In this document: positions 37,346 to 48,570 of the stretch, in pieces
Position numbering within the stretch: position 1 is the first letter of the stretch
How the letters are laid out: each line of letters starts with the position of its first letter
Assembly: GCF_902713615.1 (NCBI RefSeq)
Contig: NC_052151.1
Location: 220,684,863 to 220,748,862, forward strand
From: Scyliorhinus canicula
Taxonomy: Eukaryota
Reading direction: 5' to 3'
DNA length: 64,000 nt
Notes under the pieces: model-generated
The model's input: only the letters and a program-made list of their open reading frames with translations
What the model was told of the DNA's origin: nothing
Databases searched by the model: none
Translations under genes and position numbers: made by a program

Positions 37346-38349
37346 AGTCTCGGGAAGACTACTAGATCTGTAATTGGCAGCGTTGGATTTCCCTGGTGTT
37401 TTGTGCACAGGAAATACCTCGGTAAATTGTTAGGTTTACGCTCGTTCCCTCTGTTGTATCTGTAGATGAACAGGTGGCAAGGGACTGGAACACAGATCCC
37501 CTGCACTACTGCAGGAAAAATGCCAGGCCCGCAGCTGTTGAAATCATTGGCGCCTTCCGCTATTTGTTAATGCAGTGATTTGCATTTATTTGCAGACTGT
37601 AATCTTTGACGCTGGCCAGCTCAGGGTGTGGCCAAGTTTTCAGACGCATCGGGCACTTTTGGCGACATAATTGGTTAAATGGAAATGTCAGAAGCTTCCC
37701 CCTGCAGTTAGTTGGCAATAACGATTCAGTGCTTGATCTGCCATGGCTGCAAAGCTTAGATCTTGTCCTTTGGGTTTTAGATCCATTAGCACTGCCTATC
37801 GCATGCTCTTTCCTCTGTTTGGCCTTTAAGTATCCGTTTCATATTACTTTGCCAGCTTCACATCTATACTTTAGGTATGCATCGCATTCCTTAATTATTG
37901 TTGTTTGAACAAGATTTGACCTTCCAGCTTGATGTTACTGATTGCGTGGGCAGTATTACCGATTATGAGGTAACATAGTTGGCCGACAGTACCTCAGGGG
38001 TGCCAGGCTTTGAGCTGTTGCAACTGATATAACTCATATTTTCCGAGGGGTGGAATTTGTACGCTTTGTTAAGGTCACGTGAAAAATGTTTCGGCAGATC
38101 GGGGAGTTTGTCGTGGTTAGGAGCCTTGTGGGGTCTGGAGAAAGGTGCAGAGGTACGGAGTGTTGAAATAGATGGAGGAGGCAAGTTGCTAGGGAGTGAA
38201 TTAAGATATCGAATTGCCGTTAAAGTAATAATGCGTAGACGATTCATTCAAGTTTTATTTTGTGGCATCGAATTAGAGGAATAGATTACAAAGCCATATG
38301 AACTTATTCAGGGCCTTGGAAGCATATCACAAGAAGGGTGTTAAAGGCA

Positions 38350-39510
38350 GAATGCGAGGTACGTGCAACACAGACGAAGGCCATTCGGCCCATCGTGTAC
38401 GTACCGGCTCGCAAAAGTGCTGCCCGGCTTGTCCCATTCCACAGCCCTATCTCCGCCGCTCTCTAAATGAGTAACTTTCAAACATGTATCCAACTACTTT
38501 GAAACTTCGTACAGTCCGCCTCTTCCACTCTCCCAGGCAGCCCAAGTCCCAACAACTCTCTGTGTACGGAAGTTTCACATTATCTCATTTCTACCTCTCC
38601 AGCTGACCATTTGAAATTGTGACCCCCCCCCCTCCCCCAGTCACTGACATACGAAATAATGGGAACCGAATATCAGACTTTACCTCGTCAAAATAGTTCA
38701 TACTTTTGAACACTTCAATAAGGTCAACTCTAATAGCTTCTTTACTCCAATGCGAACACGCCCAATTTCTCCAATCTTGCCTCGTATTTAAACTTCATAA
38801 TTCCTGGTGTAATTTTCGTAAATCTCCTCCGCACTCTCTCCAGTGTTTTAATATCCTTGCTTAAATAAGGTGCCTATAACTGAACACAATTCTCCAAATG
38901 TGGTCGGATTAATGCTTTGTAGAGGTGCAGCATCACTTCCTTACTTTTGTACTTTAAGCCTCAATGGAGAAACCCAAGGATCCTATGAGCTTTCTTAACA
39001 AGTGTTGCAACTTGCCTCGCCATCTGCGGGAATTATGCATTTGAACCCCGAGATCTTCCTTCTCCTGCACGTCCCTCAAAGTTGTACCATTCAGCGTTTA
39101 TTTTCTTCCCATATTTCCTCCATCAAAATACATGACCTCACTTTCTGCTGCATTGAAGTTCATTGGTCAGGGCTATGCCCGTTGCGCCAACCTGTCAATG
39201 TCCCTCTGAGGTCGCTCAGTGTCATGCTCATAATTCACTATCTCTCTTTCTTAGTGAGAGAATTTGCCCTCCAAATTATCTGTATGAATGAGAAAAAGCA
39301 AGGATCCCAATAGGAGCCATGGGCAACACCAATTTCAACTCGACTCTAGTCTGAGAAATGCCCATCCATACCTACCTACCATTTCCCATCTCTTAGCTAA
39401 CTTCTAGTCTTGTTTCCATCGACCCGGGAATCCCCCAAACCGTATAATTTAATAACCAATCTGACATGGTGCATCATGTCAAACGCTTTCACAGAGTGGT
39501 GTGAAAGTTG
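38350..39510 (-). mobile_element. Old degenerate CR1-like LINE fragment
   Basis: Reverse complement resembles the CR1 ORF2 3' half and 3' UTR; no long ORF. Confidence 0.6.
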
Positions 39511-39626
39511 AGAGGGTCACAGAAAGAAGACACGTGTTTCGTTCAATAATCTTAGAAAACATTCAGCTGGTCTGATAAACCATGAGAAGAGAAAGGAGTA
39601 ACTAGTTAGTGTCATTACATCTACGA

Positions 39627-39870
39627 CACGATTGTTGCAGGAAACGGCAAACATAAGAGATTAGGTAGTCATATCAGAAATGCATAAGCGGCAAGAATTG
39701 GTGCAGAATCTAAATCTCCGAGTTTTGAACTGTGGGTGGAGATTGTGGTTGGCAGACGGCTGAAGCGTTATGTCGGTGAGAAGCCGTTCACGCATTTGAA
39801 GATAAAATGATTTAGATCAAACGCTTGCGAAACTTGGAGCCAAAGGAATGCATCACGCATGGAATAGGAG
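39627..39870 (-). pseudogene. Faint V-like relic
   Basis: Manual translation CSYSMRDAFLWLQ...RFS..TIS..KLGDLDSAP; paralogue of 14641-14900. Confidence 0.35.
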
Positions 39871-40513
39871 CATGGCTGGGGGTTGGGAGATGAGCAGCAG
39901 AATTTTTAAATGGATGACCTCCATGTTGTGCAGAAAATAGACGGACACATTAGATTGGAAATCCCAAAACTTCAGTTACAAAAAATAGAATGGAGGATGA
40001 ATTCAACAACAGAGGAGTTGGTTAGGGACTATGCCTGTCCTCATATTTCATGGTGAATGGAAATTGTAATTATGAGAGTTGTCATTGGGCAAGTACTTAA
40101 GGGACAGGACGAATCTGAGTACAGATCTCTGTGACACGGCATGGAAAATTTGAGCAATTTGGGAAGGAGTCGAAACGTGTCAATAATGTCTTGTTGTTGC
40201 AAGTGCAATTGAGCAAAGAATATAAATGACAGTAGAAGAGTCTAGTCATATAACATGCGGGTGGGACAGGAGATATAAGTAGATCGAACTTGCGTTTTCG
40301 GCAAAAGGGATCAGGAAGCAAAAGGCAGAGGCAAATATTGGGACTGAGCAGTAAAGTAGTTAATCGGTATGGTGATATTGCTCAATCATTGTTGAAAGAG
40401 GGGACAGAGGGACCACCTAGCCAGCTAACAGAAACAACGAGATGCACAACAAAGCTTGAATTTGCTTCGGAAGCAGGTGCAACATCACACGATCTGAGAT
40501 CAGAATGCATGAG

Positions 40514-40552
40514 CGGTTTTGTATATAATGTGCATAAGTCTGAACCGATGCG
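40514..40552 (-). other. Non-canonical 23-RSS CGCATCG-23-ACAAAACCG
   Basis: Read directly; the essential CAC is altered. Confidence 0.85.
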
Positions 40553-41244
40553 GTCCTCAACAGTTGCACAGAAATACACAGCTTCGTCTCTGGCAGTGAC
40601 GGTATTGATCTTCAGCGTAGACGTTCTGTTTTCCGCAGATCGCGTAATCACAAACCCGCTCTTGAAATCCTCCTCGTACCGAGCATCACTGCCTAAATAA
40701 ATCGATCCAATTAGATGAAAACCTTGGCCGACGCGTTGACGATACCACAACATGTTATTTGGAAGATCTCCTTTCTGCAGGCAGTTCATTTCGACAGAGC
40801 CTCCTTCCTTGATGGCAGGCGATCGAGGACATTGATCCACCACAACCGCCCGGGCACAACCTGAAAACAGAAATCACAGTGGCATGAATTATCACTAATT
40901 TGCACGACGGAGATGCATGTTGGAGGTGACCCGTGGCAACGATTATATTCGGTGTCGCCTGGTTTACGATAGCATCTGCGCATATCCTACTGTGCAATAC
41001 ATTTGCAGATTTGCCAAGCTTGTCTGCAGGGGACAATATTAAATGATGAAACATCACATTCAAAGGGACCAGAATAAACGGTCCAAAATGTTATTCAATG
41101 TATGCGCCCTGATTTCATAAACGGCATTGACTATTCATCATCCTGCTTAAAAACGTTCGAGTATTGAACAGTAATTGCTGCGGAAGGATAATATAATCGT
41201 CTATATGCGATAATCAGAAAAGGAATACAATTGAACCCCACCAT
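40553..41244 (-). pseudogene. TRBV: Family-4 V with fully open V exon (40553-40860) but a non-CAC heptamer and a leader-like segment (41202-41244) lacking a GT donor
   Basis: ..EMNCLQ..MLWYRQ..DEAVYFCATVED is open; TTTTCAG acceptor intact; MVGFNCIPFLIIAY is followed by GACGAT. Confidence 0.78.
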
Positions 41245-41814
41245 TGTACTTAGATCCAAGAACATTTCCCCTGTGTGTTTCTGGTTTCAGGAAGCGAGCC
41301 AGTTTAAACGCATTAGGAGCAGTATCTCACCACTACAATTCAGTTTGCATGATATTTAAGATTTCAGTTTTCCTTCTATGTTCTTCCTTCTGTTTCTCTG
41401 AATTGTGTCCTTGTTCCTGTATTTTTCATTCCCCGCTTCATGCGTCGTTGCACACATCTTCGTTTGCGTTTCCTTGGCGTATTTGTTTCAAAGGAAAGCG
41501 GACGAAATGTATAACACAGTGGTGTGTGACGAAGGGCAGGGATACCAGAGGGCTTCTCGGTGAAACCTTTTGTCAGTACTTTTGGTCAGTCTTCAGCTCT
41601 GTCTACAATTGCTGACAGTGCAAGGATACTCCGCAGAGTCAGTTGGTTTGGTCAGCGAAGGATCTTCAGGGTGGATATCCTACCGTTCAGGGGTCGGCTT
41701 AATTCAAATCCAGTCGTGAAGACTTCTTCATACACAGCTTCGCTGCCTCTGGTCTTCGACCTGATTAGTGTGAAAGATTATCCAGGAATTTGGCGACACC
41801 AGAACATGATATTA

Positions 41815-42473
41815 CAAAGACATTACATTACATTAATCCCAGAGCTGAAGGGGTTGGATTACAAGGTGAGGTTGAGTAGACTAGGACTGTACTCGCTGGA
41901 ATTTAGAAGGATGAAGGGGGATCTTGAAAATGAAAAATGAAAATCGCTTATTTTCACGAGCAGGCTTCAATGAAGTTACTGTGAAAAGCCACATTCTGGA
42001 GCCTGTCCGGGGAGGCTGGTACGGGAATCGAACCGTGCTTCTGGCCTGCTTGGTCTGCTTTAAAAGCCAACTATTTAGCCTGGTGAGCTATCTTATAGAA
42101 ACATATAAAATTATGAAGGGAATAGATAGGATCGATGCGGGCATGTTGTTTCCACTGGCGGGTGAAAGCAGAACTAGGGGGCGTACCCTCAACATAAGGG
42201 GAAGTAGATTTAGGACTGAGTTTAGGAGGAACTTCTTCACCCAAAGGGTTGGGAATCTATGGAATTCCTTGCCCAGTGATGCAGTTGAGGCTCCTACATT
42301 AAATGTTTTTCAGCTAGAGATAGATAGTTTGTTGAAGAATAAAGGGATTAAGGGTTATGATGTTCGGGCCGGAAAGTGGAACTGTCCACAAAAGATCAGC
42401 CATGATCGCATTGAATGGCGGAGCAGGCTCGACGGGCCAGATGGCCTACTCTTGCTCCTAGTTCTTATGTTCG
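41815..42473 (+). mobile_element. 5'-truncated CR1 LINE inserted into a V exon, TATTA target duplication
   Basis: TATTA at 41810-41814 and 42474-42478; LYSLEFRRMKGDL..TRG..RRNFFTQRV. Confidence 0.9.
41926..42089 (-). mobile_element. Family-B SINE nested in the CR1, ATCTT target duplication
   Basis: ATCTT at 41921-41925 and 42090-42094; removing the SINE restores GGGGATCTTATAGAAAC of the LINE. Confidence 0.9.
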
Positions 42474-44174
42474 TATTATGCGCGGCCTGATTCTGATAAC
42501 AATTTTAACCAGCTGTTTGATCCTGTTTCACAGCGACCGATGCCGGCTACTGATGTATGACATGCGCGACTGGGCAGTCTGCAACAACAAGCGCCAGAGG
42601 TGACCTGAAATGTAGAGTTGATACACGCACGAACAATCACCTTGCAAAACGCTGCGCTTCCGCTTTAGGTTTTCAATACACAACGCACCATAATTTAACA
42701 AAATAAATCTGGGATTGCTGACAAACGAAATGTGGCATAACGATTAAGGTTCAGGTAGTTCATAATAGATCGGATTCTGAACGTTTAAATGAAGCTCATA
42801 TTCCTCTTATGAATAAGTATAATAGTAAATCAAAGAATACTGCGCAACTGACAAAAGCTGCAATGCAATACCCATGTTAGATTTGTTTAACACGTATACA
42901 ATTGTCTGGTCGGAGAGAACAATGCAATTTATTGCACCGATTTCTTGGAAGGTGGCGTGGAAGCACAATACGCTATAATTAGTCAATCCTGTCTTAATTA
43001 GGGCCAGAAGTAGAAGAGTCAAAGGAAACAAATTGAGATGCATGATGGACCGTGATCCACGAGAAAATGCTTCTCTCAACCCTGAATGATCAGGAAGACA
43101 ATTCAAACTTCGACGTCAGAGCGGAAGTTCGGTAAGTAATAAAGTGTCCCGTACTTGCCTTTGCGTCTCTACTGAGCTCAGCACGCAGATTTTGTTTGCG
43201 AAACTGTGATGCACTTCTGTGTGATGAATCCACGCACTTATGATAGGTAACATTGCAATACATTTGATCATAGCAAGACACCACGACACCATGTGACTTG
43301 GACCACAACATCGTTAGTAACTACAGCTCACAGCTGAATATCAACTACGGGGCCAGAAGGTTGGTCGTATTTTCATTTGTGCCAGGAGGAATTCGGATTA
43401 CGAATGAGATGGCATACATAAACTCTGCTTAATAATTCTCAGCACCAACCGTGCAAAACAGCCGTACGTCCCTCACTTATATGCAGGAGGATCAGAAAAC
43501 TTCATTCAATCGTGCCATGATATGAATTTCTAATAATTGCCATAGGATTATAATCCTTAATTTTCAGCATTTCATAACATTACTATTCTAGCACATTACT
43601 TGGCATTATCTCTCATTCCTGTTCCGTCCGAATTTACATAGGATTCCCAAAGACTATCATCTCCCCTTCAGTGTAAGACCGGGAGTTACGTGTAACTCCT
43701 TGTCTTGTAACGCTGGCATTAAAACTCGTAACCTTTTCAACTCTGGCATTAAACCTCTTAACCCCACATTCAATGTACTGCGAGAAGGTAGATGATACAA
43801 TCCCGAGGATGATATCAATGTATTAATGCGAACCTTTGAATAATTAATACTGCATTGATGTAGTCTATCGCGACAGATATCAAGTTATATCAATATCAAG
43901 AAACAACAAGCGAACTAATATAATATTTCAAATGGTATCCTGTAGTTAATTGTGATAAGTGAAGGGAGAAACACATTCCAATGGATTGAAACGTAGGAAA
44001 TTGCACGCACAACTGTCACTATAATGGATTGGTGCAGATAGATAGATCAATTACACATATTTGTATATTCACCTAGACAAGTAAGCAAGTGGACACATAG
44101 TCGAACAGACACACACAGACACAAATACGTGGAGAGGCTTTTCATCTCTCACATGAATAACCTCACGCTATAGC

Positions 44175-44213
44175 AGTTTTTGTTGAACGCCACCATCTCT
44201 TCGTGTCGCTGTG
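44175..44213 (-). other. 23-RSS CACAGCG-23-ACAAAAACT
   Basis: Read directly. Confidence 0.95.
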
Positions 44214-44654
44214 TATACTCCAGGCACAGTAATAGACGGCGGTTTGATTCGCCTGCAAACTGGAGGATTCCAGGTAAAAGTGTGTGCTGTTAGGCCTTCT
44301 GGCTGTGAAACCGTCCACCTGAAATTCTGGTGTCACCATATCAGCATAGTTAGAATGAAACATGTATTGAGGCTCTCTATCAGGATGCCACCTGTACCAA
44401 TAGAAATAGGAGCCATCTGTTGCTTCTTTGTTAAGGCACTCGATCCGAATTTGAGTACGAGGTAAACTGGATATGGATGGTGGCGTCTGTAGGATTACCA
44501 CCGCCTTCACCTCTGTAAAATGGAGAGAGAAAAGGTCGAAAGTTACATACAAACCCACGAATATTGTCGACAAAGATACCGGCTCCACATATTTGAAGTT
44601 CAGCACCATCTCACCTCTCAGTATCAGCAAAACAAACAGCTGATACACAGCCAT
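44214..44654 (-). CDS. TRBV: TCR V gene, intact (family 2); leader 44615-44654, V exon 44214-44512
   Basis: Leader MAVYQLFVLLILR|GTGAG; 102-bp intron; ..YFYWYRW..AVYYCAWSI; RSS present. Confidence 0.9.
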
Positions 44655-45461
44655 CTTTGGAGGGAGAAAGTTCGTTTCGTTTAATGTGTGAATTTACTCA
44701 GCAGTTATATTATCTGAAATATCCGGCACTTGCAGCAATACTACACGTTCCCTGATCACCACCGGTTGGATCTCTCTTTCTTCATTGGCTCGTGTATCAG
44801 CCCTGGTAACTGTCGGAGAGGAAGACGTAAGGCGTCTGCTGAACGTTTCATGCAACTATTGGGATGTTTAAGTGAAGCTTGCAGACTCCGCTTTTTTAGC
44901 CGCGCCCACTTTCTTTGTGATTGGCAGTTACTGAGATCATGTGCTGAACGTCAACCCACCCAAAGTTCTGCAAAATATCTTCTTCCGCCTAAACCGGTTT
45001 CCCGCTTGCACCATTCTTTTCAACATCCTCTGCATCTCCTCCGAGACCATGGCACCGTTCCGAGAGATACATTTGAGCTTAGGAGGAATCACTACATTTA
45101 TTTCGACTGTGGGTCTCAAACGATCAAGCGAGGAAGGCCTAGGTGGATGTACGTCGCTACCTCATGGCTACATCGCGCAACTGCAACACCCTAATTGAAT
45201 GGACAGGCGATTACTCTTCTCGTTCTACATTCTGATATGGATGCGTTCCAATTTCAAACCCTGTGCACAGTTCTGACCTTCCGTTCATTCTACCGCATGC
45301 AATAATGAAAACATATTAACACCTTTCGGCTGCCCACGGTTATGCTGTCCTTAAAGCTGAATACGAGCGTTAATTCATTGCTTTTTCTTAAACTGTTGAC
45401 ACTCTCCTTCCGTTGCTCCTCCAACATAACTCGGAAGAAATCTACGGTATATTTGGGTGTC

Positions 45462-45670
45462 ACGGTGGCTGTGTGCTGCCTCACAGAGCCACGGGTTCGA
45501 TTCAGAAATCAGGTGACTGTGCGGAGTTTGCACATTCTTCCCGTGTCTGCGTGCATTTCCTCCGGGTCCTCCGGTTCTTCCCACCATGCAAAGATGAGCG
45601 GGTTAGGAGGATTGACAATATTAAATTGCTTATAGGTGGGGTTATGGGGACAGAGTCGGTGCAGGGTTGA
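45462..45670 (+). mobile_element. Degenerate HE1-like SINE
   Basis: GGGTTCGATTC..GTGCGGAGTTTGCAC..TTTCCTCCGGG core. Confidence 0.7.
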
Positions 45671-46194
45671 TGAGTCGAACAACCTCCTTCTGCTCAGAAG
45701 TGGCAAAGGGAACATTTCTTTATATCACATTTTCGTTAAGGCGCAGAAAACCGGTGTTGCATTTTAGGAAAAGAGTTCAAGGATTTCTTTCAGCGATGAA
45801 GGTGAAGAACCGTCGATGGAGGTTGCAGTTACATGTCAGAATTTGCTAGAGCTTCGACAATTGATGCTCTGTTCCCTTGTCCGTCCCACTGGCAGAGGTC
45901 TCGACTGTGGAGGGTGAAGTTGGCCCATCCCTGTTTCCCCCATTTGATGCACACTGTTGCAACTATGGTCAGGATGCGGGCGGGGAAACGGTTAAGCGGA
46001 TAGGTGGGTTGGGTGGGTTGGATGAGTCCGTACGATTGGCTCTTGTTGGATTAATTGAGACAAGAGGGCTGTATTCCATCACACACCCAAGCTGTGCTGT
46101 CCAGTTGGTAGGACTGATTTGTGTAGTCAGTAGATGACTTACTTAAACATCGTGTTAATATGTTTGGTCAAATATCAAATTTAAAGTTATGCTG

Positions 46195-46530
46195 TTGAAT
46201 TTTGATTGGACTGGATTGGATTGGATTTGTCTATTGTCACGTGTACCGAGGTACAAAGTATTTTTCTGCAAGCAGCTCAACAGATCATTCAGTACATGAG
46301 AAGAAAAGGGAATTAAACAAAATTCAAGAAAATACATAATAGGGCAACACAAGATATACAATGTAACTACATAAGCACTGGCATCAGATGAAGCATACAG
46401 GGTGTAGTGTTAATGAAGTCAGACCATAAGAGGGTCATTTAGGACTCTGGTGACAGTGGGGAGAAGCTGTTTTTGAGTGTGTTCATGCGTGTTCTCAGGT
46501 TTATGTATCTCCTGCCCGATGGAAGAAGGA
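46195..46530 (-). mobile_element. Rex1/Babar-like LINE 3' tail
   Basis: (TTGGA)n-TTTGTCTATTGTCAC tail similar to the one at 16.2 kb. Confidence 0.65.
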
Positions 46531-46585
46531 GCAAAACTGCGAAAGCTGCGAGGGTTCTGAGAGAACCGAATCTTTTCTCTTCTCC

Positions 46586-46624
46586 AGTTTTTGTCGCGGC
46601 TTCTGCTGTGTTTGTAGCTCTGTG
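46586..46624 (-). other. 23-RSS CACAGAG-23-ACAAAAACT
   Basis: Read directly. Confidence 0.95.
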
Positions 46625-47435
46625 CACCATCACTGGCTGCGCAGTAATACACGGCCGAGTCGGCTCGTTTAATACTCTGGATCCTGAGAGTACACAGCTT
46701 ATCGTTCATCGTTCGGGTGATTTCAAATCCAGTTTTGAACCTCTCTTCGTATTGAGCGTCGCTGCCTCTGTATCTGTACCCGATGAGTGTGAATCCTTGG
46801 CCAGGAATCTGGCGATACCAGAACACGACATTCCGAACGGTCCCATTCTGATAACAATTGAACGCGGCTGCTTGATCCAGTTCCACAGCGACTGAAGCCG
46901 GCCACTGATGTATGAGATCCCCATGCGAACACTCTGAAAAAGCAGATGATATGTTGAATAATCGGACACATTTGAGAAGGTTAAGTATATTTGCAGTTGT
47001 AGCCTGGGAAAATAACCGACACTAGACAATGTTTCACCCGCATGAAGTATTTACAATGCTCAACTCAAGCACATAATTAATCCGATATATCTGTAACTAA
47101 CAGCAAAGGAAACGCGGAATAATGAAAAACTTTCAGTTTTTTCAAAAACCGTCGCTTTCTGGAACATAGAACTAAATTGAGAATACCTGTTCTCTATGAT
47201 TTTCTAATAGCTTGAATAATTTTAAACGCCTTTTGGCAAGAATATACACCGATTGCATTGGCATATCGATGTTAGATCTTGTTTTCTTGCGCAAATAATG
47301 ATCTCCGATCGTGGCATCAAGATTGGTAACTTTTTTCCCGTTGAAAGCGAGAAATGTATAACACTTAGAATTAGTCAAAGTTATCTTACTTGGAGATAGA
47401 AATACAAGAGCAAGTGCGAGAAAACTGAGATGCAT
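46625..47435 (-). CDS. TRBV: TCR V gene, intact (family 1); leader 47390-47435, V exon 46625-46933
   Basis: Leader MHLSFLALALVFLSP|GTAAG; ..IHQWPAS..FNC..VFWYRQIPG..DSAVYYCAASDG. Confidence 0.92.
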
Positions 47436-47507
47436 GGTTGACGGCAATCGACTATATAATGTTATTTCAGAGGGCAGGGAATGAAGTGGTGGATGATTGT
47501 GCAGCAT

Positions 47508-47537
47508 ATGCAAATGTCTGCGAAAGGGCCGGAAGTT
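47508..47537. promoter_or_regulatory. Octamer (47508-47515) plus ETS (47529-47536) V promoter module
   Basis: ATGCAAAT and CCGGAAGT upstream of the leader. Confidence 0.65.
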
Positions 47538-47724
47538 GGTTAAGTAGATTTTTACGATCCCAGCTGTTGCTACTACTGTGAGTCGGGTGCTGGAGCGGAG
47601 CCCTCGCTCGATAGATCGTAACTTCATATTTTTATTTTGAGACGCGGACGAACAAAATCATGGGACTGTCCATTATCTTTTAGCAAAATAACAAAACATT
47701 TTAAGACAAGAAACGATTACAACA

Positions 47725-47900
47725 GGGGTTGGTTTAGCACAGGGCTAAATAGCTGGCTTTTAAAGCAGACCAATGCAGGCCAGCAGCGCTGTTCAATTCC
47801 CGTACCAGCCTCCCGGAACAGGCGCCGGAATGTGGCGACTAGGGGCTTTTCACATGAACTTCATTTGAAGCCTACTTGTGACAGTAAGTGATTTTCAGTT
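47725..47900 (+). mobile_element. Family-B SINE
   Basis: Matches 30567-30753. Confidence 0.88.
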
Positions 47901-48111
47901 TATTAAGAATAATGCAACAGAATTGGTTCTCCATATACTGGAGTACTTCACGAAGGCTGCTCACAACTGCTTTCTCAGCGGTACATTCTCGACCTGCAAA
48001 ATATGTTCACAATGTCTGATGCTTCATAAAATTTCACAGTCATATTGAAGCAAAGAAAGCAAATATGTTGTTGTACTTTATCAAAATATTTTATTGAATT
48101 TTCATGAATGA

Positions 48112-48570
48112 GGGCCGCACGGTGGTACAGGGCTTGACGTTGCTACCTCACATTGCCAGACACATATGTTCAATTCCGGTCTTGGTTGACGTTCTCCCCG
48201 TGCCTGCGAGGGTTTCCTCCCAGTACTCCTGTTGAAAATGAAAATCGCTTATTGTCACGAGTAGGTTTCAATGAAGTTCACATTCCGGCGCCTGTCCGGG
48301 GAGGGAATCGTTATGGTGCGGGAATCGAACCGTGCTGCTGGCCTGCTTGGTCTGCTTTAAAAGCCAGCGATTTAGCCGAGTGAGCTAAACCAGCTACCGG
48401 TTAGGTGGATGCGAAATCCTAAATTGTCCCTCCATGTCCAAAAAGGTGCAGGTTAGGTGGCGTTATGGGGACGAGACAGGTCTAAGTGGGGTGCTCTTTC
48501 TGATGTTTGGTGCAGACTCGATGATCCGAATGGCCTCCTTCTGCATTGTATCGATTATATGATTTAGTTC
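48112..48570 (+). mobile_element. Degenerate HE1-like SINE interrupted by a minus-strand family-B SINE (about 48232-48392)
   Basis: GGGCCGCACGGTGG head; insert GAAAATGAAAATCGCTTATTGTCAC..GAGCTAAACCAGC; core resumes GGTTAGGTGGAT. Confidence 0.8.

Larger units (their letters stand above)
41565..43043 (-). pseudogene. Family-1 V pseudogene split by a LINE; leader 42998-43043, V 5' part 42474-42578, V 3' part 41604-41814, RSS 41565-41603
   Basis: Leader MHLNLFPLTLLLLAL with TTAAG donor; several stops and a frameshift; heptamer GACAGAG. Confidence 0.9.

Noticed and set aside
40991-41054. Alternative leader MFHHLILSPADKLGKSANVLH with a GTAGGA donor for the 40.6-kb V
   Set aside because: The phase is compatible, but it is not signal-peptide-like, and the donor is GTCCGA with no in-frame ATG in the paralogue; not fully excluded without cDNA
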